From Candidatus Norongarragalinales archaeon (GTDB lineage: Archaea > Micrarchaeota > Micrarchaeia > Norongarragalinales > Norongarragalinaceae), in the NCBI GenBank assembly GCA_038884755.1, contig JAWABJ010000001.1, forward strand, positions 19,856 to 83,855: DNA of 64,000 nucleotides, in the 5' to 3' direction. The stretch's first letter is position 1. Every line of letters begins with the position of its first letter. The notes beneath the pieces are model-generated. The model saw only the letters and a program-made list of their open reading frames with translations, searched no databases and had not been told where the DNA came from. Shown piece after piece: positions 27,521 through 37,859 of this stretch. A program made the position numbers and the translations under genes.

Positions 27521-28750
27521 TCAGTATTTCACGACTATTTTTTCGCCAAGGCTGGCGATGTTGCGCATGCTCAAGTCGATTTTCTGGCCAGATGTTGTCT
27601 TCACTATGAACGTCTCGTTCTTCTTGCTTATGCCGACTATCGTTCCGACCAGCCCGCCAAATTCCGTGTAAACGCTTTTGCCTTCCAAATTCATTTTAGA
27701 GAACAAGTCGTGCTTGAACTCCCTGGCAAGGTAGGCGACGAGATACATAGCAGCAACACCGAGCAAGAGTGAGTAGAAGAAGTTTTCGAAAGACAGCGTT
27801 CCGATGACCCAGTCGGCAGCGTTAGTGAAAATGAGCCAGAACACGAGCACTCCCGCCGTTTGTATCAAATACTCTGGGAGAAAGTGGTTTTTATTTTCCG
27901 ACAGCGCTTGCAGGACTTCCCCGACTATGATGAGGAGGACTGCGACTGGCAGCAGCAAAAGCAGGTCTTTGAAAAACCAGGCGATTATTTTCGCAGTGCT
28001 TAAGGCTGCTCCGGCGTATTGCAGAGTAAAGACCCTGTTGAACGCCATCCACAGGGAAGCGACAAAAAAGGGTACGGACGCGAAATAAAAAATGAAGCTC
28101 ACGTTTTCGAACGAAATGCGGAAGTTGGACAGCGCGTTGAACGCCCTTTCCTCTACTCCCAGCGCGCGCATTATCAAATACCCGCCGAGCAGTCCTATGA
28201 ACAGGCGCGCGCCGAAGAATTCCGCCAGCGCGAAGAACAGCAGCGCTAGGCCCGGTATGCCGAAGACTATACGCGCGGTGTGCGGTTCCTTGAGCTTTTC
28301 TAGGACTGCAAAGTAAGTGGATTCGAGCTCTTTCGTCTGCTTTACCGTAACCGTCTTTACGCTGTTGACTTTCACTCGCGAATTTATGAGTGGAATCGTC
28401 TGCTCGTCGGTCGCGCCGTCGCTTACGAACACGCACGCGTCGGGGGAAAGGTCGTCGATTATCTTTTCAAGCTGTTTCACCACTTCAGTGTGCGCGTGAT
28501 ATCCCCCGCGCGTGTCTCCGCTAATGGTGGCGATGAAAACGTTTTTCGCCTCTTCGCCCAGCTCGTCGTAAAGCTTGACTGCCGCGAAAATCGTGTTTAC
28601 GTCCGAGTCTTCAGGGTCGGCTATGCCTAGCGCGTCGGCCGCGTAGATGTTTTCCTTGCGCCCTACGACCGGGCCTTTGATTTTCGCTTTAACGCCCAAG
28701 TCGTTGTCGACGTCCACGCACAACACGAGCAATCGCTTTGGTTTGGCCAT
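27521..28750 (-). CDS. DUF373-family membrane protein
   Basis: LVLCVDVDNDLG, DPEDSDVN, VSDGATDE; C-terminal PRC-barrel-like segment. Confidence 0.85.
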   Translation of the reverse strand: MAKPKRLLVLCVDVDNDLGVKAKIKGPVVGRKENIYAADALGIADPEDSDVNTIFAAVKLYDELGEEAKNVFIATISGDTRGGYHAHTEVVKQLEKIIDDLSPDACVFVSDGATDEQTIPLINSRVKVNSVKTVTVKQTKELESTYFAVLEKLKEPHTARIVFGIPGLALLFFALAEFFGARLFIGLLGGYLIMRALGVEERAFNALSNFRISFENVSFIFYFASVPFFVASLWMAFNRVFTLQYAGAALSTAKIIAWFFKDLLLLLPVAVLLIIVGEVLQALSENKNHFLPEYLIQTAGVLVFWLIFTNAADWVIGTLSFENFFYSLLLGVAAMYLVAYLAREFKHDLFSKMNLEGKSVYTEFGGLVGTIVGISKKNETFIVKTTSGQKIDLSMRNIASLGEKIVVKY

Positions 28751-28806
28751 TCTAACCCCTCTAGAACATAATTCGTGAAAGGCGTATTTAAGCGTCTTTC
28801 TTGCAC

Positions 28807-29562
28807 TCAGGCAGTTTCGCAGTTGCCGGGCAGCACTGCGAAAAGCCCGTCGCTTTTCCTGAGCGAAAGCTTGCCTTTCAGGATTGGAAATAGTTCTTCC
28901 TTTTTTTTCCCGCCGGGCACCAGGAAAACGAACCCCTTCTTTTGGGCTGCCGCAAGCGCCGGCAGAGCTATGAGTTCCCCGCCTTGCGTTCCCACTGCGA
29001 TTTCCAGCCGCATGTTCTTGAACCACTTCCTTTCCCCCGAAATCAGGAACGCGCCTTTGCCAACGAACTCGCCGTGCGAGTGTTTCGAAACTTGCTCTTT
29101 GCTAACGCAGTAAACGTCCGCAACCCCGCTTCCGAGCTTCCACGCGTTCGAATAGCAGGCGGCGAATTGAGCCGCTTCGCGTAAGTCTTGTTCCTTTGCT
29201 TTCGTCCCTTCTTTCAGTACGACCGCACTAGCGCCGTGGACGTCCGCATGGAAGAACAAGTCGCCTTCCTTCAGTTGCGAGGCGACGAGCGTGTCGTTTT
29301 GCTTCGCGTTCTTGCCTCCGACGCACAAGAAGCCGTTTGTCGTGGTGAAAAACCGGTATTCGTGAAACCATTTTTTCCTTTCCCTGCCCGAAGTTTGTTT
29401 TTTGGTTTCTTCCGTTTTGGTTTGTGCAAAAGCGATTTTGCGTTTTGTCTCTTCAATCGCTTTTCTTGCGCCTTCTGCCTTCCGGCGGAATTTCTTGGCT
29501 TCTTCGAAAAGCGCTTGCGCGTTTTGCATCGCGCTCTTGCGCACGTCGAGCGTTATTTTCAT
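28807..29562 (-). CDS. NFACT RNA-binding domain protein (short Rqc2-like)
   Basis: WFHEYRFF..T.GFLCVGGKNAKQND, FFHADVHGAS, QVSK, GAFLISGER. Confidence 0.85.
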   Translation of the reverse strand: MKITLDVRKSAMQNAQALFEEAKKFRRKAEGARKAIEETKRKIAFAQTKTEETKKQTSGRERKKWFHEYRFFTTTNGFLCVGGKNAKQNDTLVASQLKEGDLFFHADVHGASAVVLKEGTKAKEQDLREAAQFAACYSNAWKLGSGVADVYCVSKEQVSKHSHGEFVGKGAFLISGERKWFKNMRLEIAVGTQGGELIALPALAAAQKKGFVFLVPGGKKKEELFPILKGKLSLRKSDGLFAVLPGNCETA

Positions 29563-31601
29563 TTCTTTTCACTTTTTTCCGCCGGAGTCCAATTTCCCTT
29601 GCTCCAGTCTTTCTTGCTTTCGCAATTCGCCGTAAGGCACATTTCAAACGGCCGCCTGGCTTTTCTAATTACCGTAATTATGGGGGTGGAGCAAAACTGG
29701 CATTTTTTGCCTGTCGGCTTTACTAGCGCGTTTTTTGGCACTGAAAATGCGTTTTCGCATTCCGGGTAACGATTGCATGCAGCGAAAAGCCCGTATTTAC
29801 CCCTGCGCAAGGCTATCTGCCCTTGCTTGCACTTGTTGCACTCGCCGAGTTCGCTCGCCTTGCGTTGAGTCTCGCCAACCGCTTCCTTGAGTTCGTTTCC
29901 GATTTCCTTTTCTTGCTTTTTAAAGTCCTTCAGGATTTTGCCCAGCACTCTCTTTCCTTCCTCTACCACTTCGTCCATCCGTTTTTTTTGCGTTTGAATT
30001 TCTTCCATTTCACCCTCGAAATGCCTCGTTAGGTCCGAGGATATTATTTCGGGAACGTGGCGTTTCATCGCTTCGAAAACGCTCAGCCCCAGGGGTGTGA
30101 CTTCAATGGATTTTCCGCTTACGTACTGCCTGTCGTAAAGCGTTTGGATGATTTCGGCGCGCGTCGCTTTCGTGCCCAGGTTTTCCGACTCTAACGCCTT
30201 GATTATGGATGCTTCAGTATAGCGTTGCGGGGGCTGCGTGAGTTTTTCGACCAACTCTAGCTTTTCTATGCTTACACTTTCGCCTTCGTCAAAATGCGGA
30301 AGTTGTTTTTCCTTCAACCGAAAGAAAGGCCCGTACACCTCAAACCAGCCTTTTTCCGCAATCGTGACGCCATCCGCAACGTATTCTTCACTCCCGCCTT
30401 TCAGCGTTACCTTTTGCTTTTCGATTGAAGCGGGTTTTGAGAATGACGCGAGGTACCTTCGCGCGATGAGCTCGTACAGCCGCAGGGCGTCTTTGCTCGC
30501 GTCAGGCGCCAAGCCCGTGGGGTGGATTGCCGGGTGCGCGGGATCGCTCTTGGGGCCTTCGTGGGGGGCAAAACGCTTTTCTTTAGCGAGCTGCTGGACG
30601 AAAGGCGCGAGGTGCTTTTGCAATTCCAGTTGCTTCATGATTTTCTCGTGGTTGAGCTTTGCCGGGAGCTTTTGCGAGGAAGTTCGCGGGTAGCTTATGG
30701 CTGCCGTTTCGTACAGTTCTTGCGCCAACTGCAGGGTTTTCGAAGGGGAAAGCCCTAGCGCAGCGTAAGCTTCCACTTGCAGGCTGGTAAGGTCGAAGGG
30801 GAATGGTTGCAGTTGCTTGACGCGCTTGCGTTCGATGCTTTTTACCGCCGCGTTTTTGGAAGTGTTTTTTAACGCCGTTTCGGCGTCTTGTTTTTTCAGG
30901 AACCTTTCTTTCGCGTGGGTGAATTCCGTTCCTCTGGCGTGGGCGTACAGTTGCCAGTAAGGCGAGGGGACGAAACTCTTGATTTTCAGCTCGCGTTCCG
31001 AAAGCAAAGCCAGCGCGGGGCCCTGCACCCGCCCCATGCTGAGTATCTTGAACCTCCCCGCGCTGCGCACCGCGCTCATCAGCGCGCGGGAAACATTTAT
31101 TCCCCAAAGCCAGTCGAGAGTGTGCCTCGCTTGCCCCGCATCTATGGTGGGGTCATCGAGGGGTTGGAGCGATGCATAAGATTCCTTCAGGTCTTCAGCC
31201 GTGAGGGTTGAAAAAAACATGCGCTTGGCTTTTTTTCCTTTCGCCAGAAACCGGATGATGTTCCCGCCGATGGTCGAGCCTTCGACGTCCCAGTCGCACG
31301 CGTTGACGACTTCAGACGCTTCTTTCGCCGTTTTTTTCAGCAGCGCGTGGTATTTTTTGGAAAAGTCGTTTTTCTTGTCTATTTCGAACGACGGAAGCCA
31401 TTCGATTTCGAAAATAGGGTACCCTCCGCCCGGCGTTTTTTGTTTGAGCGAGAACAGGTGGCCGACCGCAGGCACCACGACCGCGTTTTTCTCGGGAATT
31501 TCGTAGTACGCAACGCCCCCGTGCGTTTTGCGCACAGGCTTTCCTAAAGCGAAAGCTATTTTTTCCGCTACCTTGGGCTTTTCCGCTATAATCAGTTGCA
31601 T
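29559..31601 (-). CDS. topA: DNA topoisomerase IA
   Basis: IIAEKP, AVGHL, ACDWDVEG, SMGRVQ, ISYPRT, LGTKATR, C-terminal Zn ribbons. Confidence 0.95.
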   Translation of the reverse strand: MQLIIAEKPKVAEKIAFALGKPVRKTHGGVAYYEIPEKNAVVVPAVGHLFSLKQKTPGGGYPIFEIEWLPSFEIDKKNDFSKKYHALLKKTAKEASEVVNACDWDVEGSTIGGNIIRFLAKGKKAKRMFFSTLTAEDLKESYASLQPLDDPTIDAGQARHTLDWLWGINVSRALMSAVRSAGRFKILSMGRVQGPALALLSERELKIKSFVPSPYWQLYAHARGTEFTHAKERFLKKQDAETALKNTSKNAAVKSIERKRVKQLQPFPFDLTSLQVEAYAALGLSPSKTLQLAQELYETAAISYPRTSSQKLPAKLNHEKIMKQLELQKHLAPFVQQLAKEKRFAPHEGPKSDPAHPAIHPTGLAPDASKDALRLYELIARRYLASFSKPASIEKQKVTLKGGSEEYVADGVTIAEKGWFEVYGPFFRLKEKQLPHFDEGESVSIEKLELVEKLTQPPQRYTEASIIKALESENLGTKATRAEIIQTLYDRQYVSGKSIEVTPLGLSVFEAMKRHVPEIISSDLTRHFEGEMEEIQTQKKRMDEVVEEGKRVLGKILKDFKKQEKEIGNELKEAVGETQRKASELGECNKCKQGQIALRRGKYGLFAACNRYPECENAFSVPKNALVKPTGKKCQFCSTPIITVIRKARRPFEMCLTANCESKKDWSKGNWTPAEKSEKK

Positions 31602-31675
31602 AAACTCAAGTTTCAACCCTTCTCGTATTTAAAGCAGAAGCTTGGGGGGGAAAGCGGTCTTTCGGTTGTGCAGGT

Positions 31676-32410
31676 TCAAGACAACAGCGAGTATTTGCTC
31701 AGGTAAATCTGGACTTTCAAGACTTCCAAGAACGGCAGGACCACGAGCGATTGCGTGACGAGCGAGAGAAAGCGCGCCGCGGGCCAGGCTTTGCTTATTT
31801 CGATGAAAAGCCACGTGTTGATTATGAACAGCAGCGCGGCGACTGCGAGGAAAAGCGCAAAGTATGGCAGTTTCCTTCGAATCAGAGATACGCTTCTTGC
31901 AACTGAATGGCTTAGGCTGGTTTCTTCGAGAACCGCCGCTTGCGGCGCAAAGAGGACTATGGACGACACTACCAGCGCGAAGGCCGTTCCCCACACTTGC
32001 GGGATGCCGTATTCCGCTATGAGCAGGTTGAATCCTACTATCGCCGCGAATGCAGTTAGGAAAATGAAGAAAAGGTTGAACGTCGCCCCTTCGATGAGTT
32101 CGACGTCGCGGGAAGTGAGCCTGTTCAGAGTACGCTGGCTTTTCACGACGACGTTTATCGACGCGATGGCGAACGCGAAGAACAACATTGAAATCAGCAG
32201 AGCGATTATTGTGACTAGGACGTCCGCCGCGCTCAAGTCGAGCTTTACGCTTCCGAGGCGGAGGAAAGTGCCGCTGAGAGCGACGAAGTTCGGCAAAAGC
32301 AGGGACAGCGGGAAAGATATCAGGAACGGGATGCTGAACGCCAATATTAGCTTGGAGTTTTTGAAGTAAGCGTCAACCGCGTGCAACAGTATTTCGGTAA
32401 AGCCGGACAC
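31676..32410 (-). CDS. Polytopic membrane hypothetical protein
   Basis: About 6 TM helices, fits the gene spacing. Confidence 0.65.
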   Translation of the reverse strand: MSGFTEILLHAVDAYFKNSKLILAFSIPFLISFPLSLLLPNFVALSGTFLRLGSVKLDLSAADVLVTIIALLISMLFFAFAIASINVVVKSQRTLNRLTSRDVELIEGATFNLFFIFLTAFAAIVGFNLLIAEYGIPQVWGTAFALVVSSIVLFAPQAAVLEETSLSHSVARSVSLIRRKLPYFALFLAVAALLFIINTWLFIEISKAWPAARFLSLVTQSLVVLPFLEVLKVQIYLSKYSLLS

Positions 32411-32446
32411 GTTTTATCCCGTTTTGAATTATGGTCTTCTTGTTTA

Positions 32447-33706
32447 TTAAAATGCCTTCGTGCCTTCGCCCACCAGGCAAGTCGCAAGGGCCTTGGAAAC
32501 CACCGCTTCGAGAAAAACGCCCGCCTCGGCTTTCGGAAGTATCACCGGCCTGTAGTCTTTCGTGCGGGAGAGAAAGCCGTTCTTGGTTTTTTCAGTGACC
32601 AAAACCCTTTCCCTTGCGCCGACAAACCGCTTGTTTTTTTTCTCGAGAATTTTTCTCGCCAGCGCGCTGGCTATTTCGCTCCTACTCTTTACTTCAGAGT
32701 TTTTGATTTGCTCGAGTCTTGCCGCGGGCGTTTTCGGGCGCGCCGAGTATTTCGAAACGTTCACCACATCGAATTCCGCCCATTGCAGGAAGCCGAGCGT
32801 TCGCCCGAAGTCCTCTTCAGTTTCGGTAGGATAGCCGACGATGACGTCAGTCGCGAGCATTGCGTCGGGAAAAGCGTTTTTGATGGACTGGATGGCTTGT
32901 TTTGCCTGCTCAGCGCTATACCCCCTACGCATGTGCTTCAAAACCGAGTCGCTGCCGCTTTGTATTGCTATATGAAAGAATTTGTACAGCTTTTCGTTTT
33001 GCGCGAAAACGCGAATCAGGTCTTTTTCCATGCGCAGGAAATGCTGCGGGTTGCACATTCCCACCCTAACCCGAAAATCCCCTTCGATTTCGCAAATCCT
33101 TTCGAGCAGTTGCGGTAATGCAACTCCACAGTCCAGGCCGTACGCTCCGGTGTCTTGCGAAGTGAGCTGGATTTCCTTGGCGCCTTGCGCCACGACTCGC
33201 GCGACAGCCTCGACGATTTCGCGCGGGCGGTAGCTTTTCACCCCCCCGCGCGCGAGTTTAGTCGAGCAAAAAGTGCAGGCGGAAGCACAGCCGGAGTTTA
33301 TTTGGATTCGCGCGAAAATGCCGTCCGCAAAAGGCGCGAGCGCGGGAATGCCGTTGTTTTTCGTCGCAACCGTTTTCTTTCCCGCGAATGCGTTTTCCAC
33401 CGCCTCTACGATGCTTGCCTGCGAAAACGTTCCGACTAGCGAGGCTGAAGGGTTGCTTTTAGCTACAATCGCTGGCGCCGCCTGAACCAGGCATCCTGCC
33501 ACGACCAGCGGCTTCGCCGTGTGCGAAACCTTGTACAGGATCTTTTGCTGAGTCGCGTCCTTGACGCTGCAAGTGTTCAGCACCACCACGTCTGCCGCGT
33601 CTTCGCTTTCAGCTATTTCGTGCTCGTGCTCTTTAAGCGTCAAAGCCATCCTGTCGCTGTCCGCCTGGTTGAAAGTGCACCCGTAAGTCCTGATGAAAAC
33701 CTTCAT
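32447..33706 (-). CDS. tRNA methylthiotransferase (MtaB/CDKAL1-type radical SAM)
   Basis: TYGCTFN, NTCSVK, GCASACTFC, QDTGAYG, QSGSD; C-terminal TRAM domain. Confidence 0.9.
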   Translation of the reverse strand: MKVFIRTYGCTFNQADSDRMALTLKEHEHEIAESEDAADVVVLNTCSVKDATQQKILYKVSHTAKPLVVAGCLVQAAPAIVAKSNPSASLVGTFSQASIVEAVENAFAGKKTVATKNNGIPALAPFADGIFARIQINSGCASACTFCSTKLARGGVKSYRPREIVEAVARVVAQGAKEIQLTSQDTGAYGLDCGVALPQLLERICEIEGDFRVRVGMCNPQHFLRMEKDLIRVFAQNEKLYKFFHIAIQSGSDSVLKHMRRGYSAEQAKQAIQSIKNAFPDAMLATDVIVGYPTETEEDFGRTLGFLQWAEFDVVNVSKYSARPKTPAARLEQIKNSEVKSRSEIASALARKILEKKNKRFVGARERVLVTEKTKNGFLSRTKDYRPVILPKAEAGVFLEAVVSKALATCLVGEGTKAF

Positions 33707-33828
33707 TCTGCTCCCTTGCATTATGAAATAAGACTTGCGAGAAAGCATTAAAAACTCTTTCAGACATGTTTTATTTCCGAGAATCTAATTCTCGATTATT
33801 CTTTGGAAATTAAAAGGTTAGAAAAATC

Positions 33829-34029
33829 ATGGTTAAAGCCGCCAAGAATTTCGTTTGCGAGCGCTGCAAGCGCGAGAGCGCTTTCGCGCAAGAGTGCGCT
33901 TATTGCTCGCGAAAAATCTGCCGAGCTTGCGAGAAAAGTTCCGCCACGCATAGCAAGATTTTGCGCAGCGCGATTTGCAAGAGCTGCTGGGGAGACTTGA
34001 AAAAACGGACGCGCTTCAAGAGCCTTTAA
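33829..34029 (+). CDS. Small zinc-finger protein
   Basis: CERC, CAYC, CRAC, CKSC motifs. Confidence 0.7.
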   Translation: MVKAAKNFVCERCKRESAFAQECAYCSRKICRACEKSSATHSKILRSAICKSCWGDLKKRTRFKSL

Positions 34030-34090
34030 ATTCCCGTAGCCTTAAACTCTATTCTGGATTTTTTTAGTTTCTATTAGTTCAGGTGGGAGT

Positions 34091-35053
34091 TTGGGCAAGA
34101 CTGATTTCGAGCCGTGGGTGGAAAAGTACCGTCCCCGTAAGCTGAGGGACATTATCGGGCACAAGCCAATCGTAGAGCGTTTGGAACATTTCGTTAAAAG
34201 CAAGAATCTTCCCAACATGCTTTTCGCCGGGCGCGCGGGAATAGGGAAAACAACCGCGGCGCTGGCACTGGCGAACGAGCTTTACGGGGAAGACATTTCC
34301 CAGTGTTTTGCCGAACTCAATGCCAGCGACGAGCGCGGGATTGACGTCGTGAGGGGCAAAATCAAGGACTTCGCGCGCTCGATTCCGTTGGCTTCTGTCG
34401 ATTTCAAAATCATCCTTCTCGACGAGGCTGATTCGCTCACGCCCGACGCTCAGCAGGCGTTGCGGAGGACAATGGAGGCGTACTCGAAAAACTGCCGTTT
34501 CATTCTGTCGTGCAACTACTCTTCGCGCATTATCGAGCCGATACAATCGCGCTGCGCCGTATTCCGTTTCAAAAGCCTCGAGGATTCCGAAATCAAGGGG
34601 ATAGTCGAGGAGATTGCGAAAAAGGAAGCGGTCGGCATGGACGGCAAGGCGCTTGAGGCGATCGCGTACGTTTCGGAAGGCGATGCGCGGAAGGCAATCA
34701 ATTGCCTTCAGGGCAGTGCGGAGAAAGGGAAGATAACCGACGAGCGGGTTTTCGAGGTTTCCAGCCGCGCGAGGCCCAAGGAAATCGCGGAGATGGTCGA
34801 GCTTGCGCTCAAGGGAAAATTCGGCGAAGCGCGCGGCCATTTGAATACCGTGATGGTGAAGTACGCGATGAGCGGCGAGGACGTTTTGAACCAGATTTAC
34901 CGCGAAGTCATCGCCCTGCCAGTTCCGGACGAATTGAAGGTGCAGCTGGTGGACCGCATCGGCGAGTACGATTTTCGGATGAGCCAAGGTGCGGACGAGA
35001 GAATTCAGCTTGAAGCGCTTTTGGCGCAGATAATGCTCTTTGGCAAAAAGTAA
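34091..35053 (+). CDS. rfcS: Replication factor C small subunit
   Basis: PWVEKYRP, GIGKT, ELNASDERG, LDEAD, IQSRC. Confidence 0.96.
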   Translation: MGKTDFEPWVEKYRPRKLRDIIGHKPIVERLEHFVKSKNLPNMLFAGRAGIGKTTAALALANELYGEDISQCFAELNASDERGIDVVRGKIKDFARSIPLASVDFKIILLDEADSLTPDAQQALRRTMEAYSKNCRFILSCNYSSRIIEPIQSRCAVFRFKSLEDSEIKGIVEEIAKKEAVGMDGKALEAIAYVSEGDARKAINCLQGSAEKGKITDERVFEVSSRARPKEIAEMVELALKGKFGEARGHLNTVMVKYAMSGEDVLNQIYREVIALPVPDELKVQLVDRIGEYDFRMSQGADERIQLEALLAQIMLFGKK

Positions 35054-35098
35054 AAAGGCGGCTTTCCCTTCTTTTTATTTTCCGGGGGAAAAGCTGCG

Positions 35099-35398
35099 TT
35101 GGGAATTTCCGAGGCTTTGCATTACGCGCACGCGCTGCACATGCTTCACTACCAGAAGGAAAAGCGCGAGCGCAAGCTGGAGGAGAAAAAGCGCAAGCTG
35201 GTGAAAATAAAAGTAAAGCTCAAGGACAATCTCGACGCTTTTTTGCAGGGAAAGCAGGCGAGGGTAAGCGGGTTGAGCCGCGCTTTCTTGCGGCAGGCGC
35301 TTGCGGTGAGCGAGGAAAAGAAAAAACTCGATGCCTTGAAGGCAAGGCTGGCGTCGGCAAAAAAAGCGAGTTTTGGCTCGTCGTTGAGGCGGCAGTAG
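35099..35398 (+). CDS. Basic coiled-coil hypothetical protein
   Basis: Lys/Arg-rich 99-aa ORF. Confidence 0.5.
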   Translation: MGISEALHYAHALHMLHYQKEKRERKLEEKKRKLVKIKVKLKDNLDAFLQGKQARVSGLSRAFLRQALAVSEEKKKLDALKARLASAKKASFGSSLRRQ

Positions 35399-35408
35399 AA
35401 ACTCTTTT

Positions 35409-35820
35409 AAAAGCCGGCAGTATAGTGTATTCATACCTAAACCCTTGAAAGGTTGGAAATAATGAGCCTAGACGAAATAGCACGACAATTCGGCAGAATC
35501 TATACTGTTATTGCTTTTCGCTGGGGCCTCTTGAACGTCAAGCTCGTGCACTTCAAGAGATCTAAGTCCAAGGACACCTTTTGAGGGGATGAAAGCTCTT
35601 CGGTTTTTGAGAAAAAAACCTGCTGACCCTTTTTGGATGGGAGTTTTCAAGAAAATCTTCCGGATGCAAATCTTGTTCAGCTTAAGCTTGGAATAGCGTA
35701 AAGTTTAGGCTGGTGTTTAGAGACTGTGGTGCGAGAGACACGAGCAACCCCAAGGAGGCAATTCCAGAAGACGCTAATGTGCCCAGTCTTCCCGCAACCA
35801 CTCTGTGCAAAATTCGGAAA
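35409..35820. ncRNA. Candidate structured non-coding RNA (unassigned)
   Basis: No convincing ORF; several stems (35418-25/35500-07, 35528-35/35552-59, 35726-46/35778-801); TATA-like CTTATAAAG on the minus strand at 35844-35852. Confidence 0.35.
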
Positions 35821-35892
35821 GATTAATTATCCATTATTTACGCCTTTATAAGCGTTTCGCTTATTGTCGTAGGGGGGGTTTTTGGGTTGTTT

Positions 35893-37761
35893 TTAGGCGA
35901 TTTCTTTCTTGATTTTGGAAAGCAAGGCGTTTTTCTTCTTTCCTTCCTTTAAAGCGACACTCAAAACGTCGTAAATGTCTTTCGCGGGAATGATTTCAAT
36001 GCGCTTGAGCTGCTCTTCACTCAGCACCACGTCGTCCTTGTTGGCGTAAGGCACTACGGCTTTCTTCAAACCCGCTTCTATTGCCGCTTCGACTTTCTGT
36101 GTAACTCCTCCTACTGGCAAAACCGCGCCCCGCACGCTCAGCGAGCCTGTCAACGCAACGTCTTGCCTTATGGGCGCTTCTTCCAACGCGGAAATGACCG
36201 CAGTCGCAACGCTCACGCTTGCGCTGTCGCCTTCAACGCCTTCGTAAGTCTGCAGAAACTGGATGTGAATGTCGAAAGAAGAAGTGTCTTTGCCGGTATG
36301 CCTCTTGATTATTGCCGAAACGTTTTCAACCGCTTCTTTTGCTATGTCCCCGAGTTTTCCTGTCGCTATCGTCTTTCCTTCTTCCCGGGAGCTGGCTGGC
36401 GCGACTTCTGCGACTATTGGCAGTACAATTCCACTGTCGCCCATTACCGCCAAGCCATTTACCTTGCCGACTTGCGCGCCGGTGGTTGTGAACACCCTGT
36501 ATTCCTTGCGCATTTCAACCGCTTGCTTGGCCATTTGTTGTTCGAGCGTTTGCGCTATGCCTTTTGCCTTGAAAACGTGTTTTGCGCTTGCGAGCGCAGC
36601 GCCTTCTTCAAGCGCAACGTCCCCCGTAGCGCGTATCAATCCGCCCAGTTCGCGGAGCTTGAGCGTAAGCTTGTTTTTTCGTCCGCTGCGTTTTCTAGCT
36701 TCCTGGATTATTTCCTCTATTGCCGAAGCGTCGAAGTGCGGGATTTTCCCGTCCTTAGCTATTTCCTGCGCTATGAACTGCACGAGCTTACCTTCGTTTT
36801 CGGCGTTGTCTTCAATCGACTCTTCCATGTACACTTCGTAGCCGTACCCGCGAATGCGCGAGCGGATTGCCGGATGCATGCGCTGCAAATCGCTGTAGTT
36901 TCCTGCGGCGACCAGCACGAAGTCGCAAGGCACCGGCTCTGTCCTGACTTGCGCTCCGGACGAGAGTTCGCTTTGTCCGGTTATCGAGTATTTCTTTTCC
37001 TGCATTGCCGTAAGCAGTTCCTGTTGGCTGCGCGGGGAAAGTGCGGAAACTTCATCTATGAACAAAACTCCTCCGTTGGCCTTGTGTATGAACCCCGCGT
37101 CTACGCGCAAGTGCGCTGGAGTTCCCAAACCCCCGCTTTGCAGGGGGTCGTGCTTTACGTCTCCGAGAAGCGCGCCGGCGCGTGCGCCGGTTGCTTCGAC
37201 GAAAGGCGCGTTTTTCTTTCCGGAATTGTCGATGAGCAGCTTGGGGCCCAGCGCTTCACCGAAAAGCCTGCTTCTTCCAAGTTGCATTCCTACCGCTACG
37301 ATGCCGCTTACTATGAAAAGTCCGATGAGCAGCGCTGCGGTGATGACGTCCCCCCACTGTTGCCTTCCGAACGAAAGCAGGAAGAACGAGGAAAGAAAGA
37401 GGATGAGGATGATTACGAGGTTGAAGTTGTTGCTCGGAACGCGCATTCTTTCTTGCTCTATTATCTTCCTTCCTTCGCCGGCCTTGACCACCCTTATTCT
37501 CGGTATGTTAGAGTCTTCCTCGTTGGCGTAGACCAGCACGTCTTTCAATTCGGCGGCGGGCACTAGTTCGCTCATCGCTTGTGCGAGCATTGACTTACCC
37601 GTGCCAGGCGTTCCAATCAAAAGCACGTTGCGCTTTTGCCTAGCTGCTTTTTTTATTATCGCTACGGCGTTCTCTTGGCCTATCACCCTGTCTACCGTCC
37701 TTTCGGGAACTTTCACTTGTGACGTGTCCTTCACTTTCAAGGCGGTTTTGAGTTTAGCCAT
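35893..37761 (-). CDS. lonB: Archaeal membrane-bound Lon protease
   Basis: [10 protein letters not shown] insertion, LFIDE, EGDSAS catalytic Ser, [11 protein letters not shown]. Confidence 0.95.
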   Translation of the reverse strand: MAKLKTALKVKDTSQVKVPERTVDRVIGQENAVAIIKKAARQKRNVLLIGTPGTGKSMLAQAMSELVPAAELKDVLVYANEEDSNIPRIRVVKAGEGRKIIEQERMRVPSNNFNLVIILILFLSSFFLLSFGRQQWGDVITAALLIGLFIVSGIVAVGMQLGRSRLFGEALGPKLLIDNSGKKNAPFVEATGARAGALLGDVKHDPLQSGGLGTPAHLRVDAGFIHKANGGVLFIDEVSALSPRSQQELLTAMQEKKYSITGQSELSSGAQVRTEPVPCDFVLVAAGNYSDLQRMHPAIRSRIRGYGYEVYMEESIEDNAENEGKLVQFIAQEIAKDGKIPHFDASAIEEIIQEARKRSGRKNKLTLKLRELGGLIRATGDVALEEGAALASAKHVFKAKGIAQTLEQQMAKQAVEMRKEYRVFTTTGAQVGKVNGLAVMGDSGIVLPIVAEVAPASSREEGKTIATGKLGDIAKEAVENVSAIIKRHTGKDTSSFDIHIQFLQTYEGVEGDSASVSVATAVISALEEAPIRQDVALTGSLSVRGAVLPVGGVTQKVEAAIEAGLKKAVVPYANKDDVVLSEEQLKRIEIIPAKDIYDVLSVALKEGKKKNALLSKIKKEIA

Positions 37762-37859
37762 TTGCAATCCCAACATAAAATAAGCTTGCCAAACTTATTT
37801 CTTGAAGTCTTTTAATTAAATGCTTCCGTGCCTTAATCGTTTTTTGGATTGTGAGGAAA

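Noticed and set aside
28751-29026. N-terminal extension of the DUF373 ORF (501 aa)
   Set aside because: Overlaps the NFACT gene in another frame; the family motif starts at MAKPKRLL (28750)
36163-37566. 467-aa plus-strand ORF and similar long alternate-frame or antisense ORFs (e.g. 3595..4554, 9958..11022, 44139..45254)
   Set aside because: Shadows of well-supported genes, with no motifs and skewed composition
29559-37761. Inteins in topA, rfcS or lonB (common insertion hosts)
   Set aside because: Protein lengths are normal and no intein splice motifs or LAGLIDADG blocks are seen
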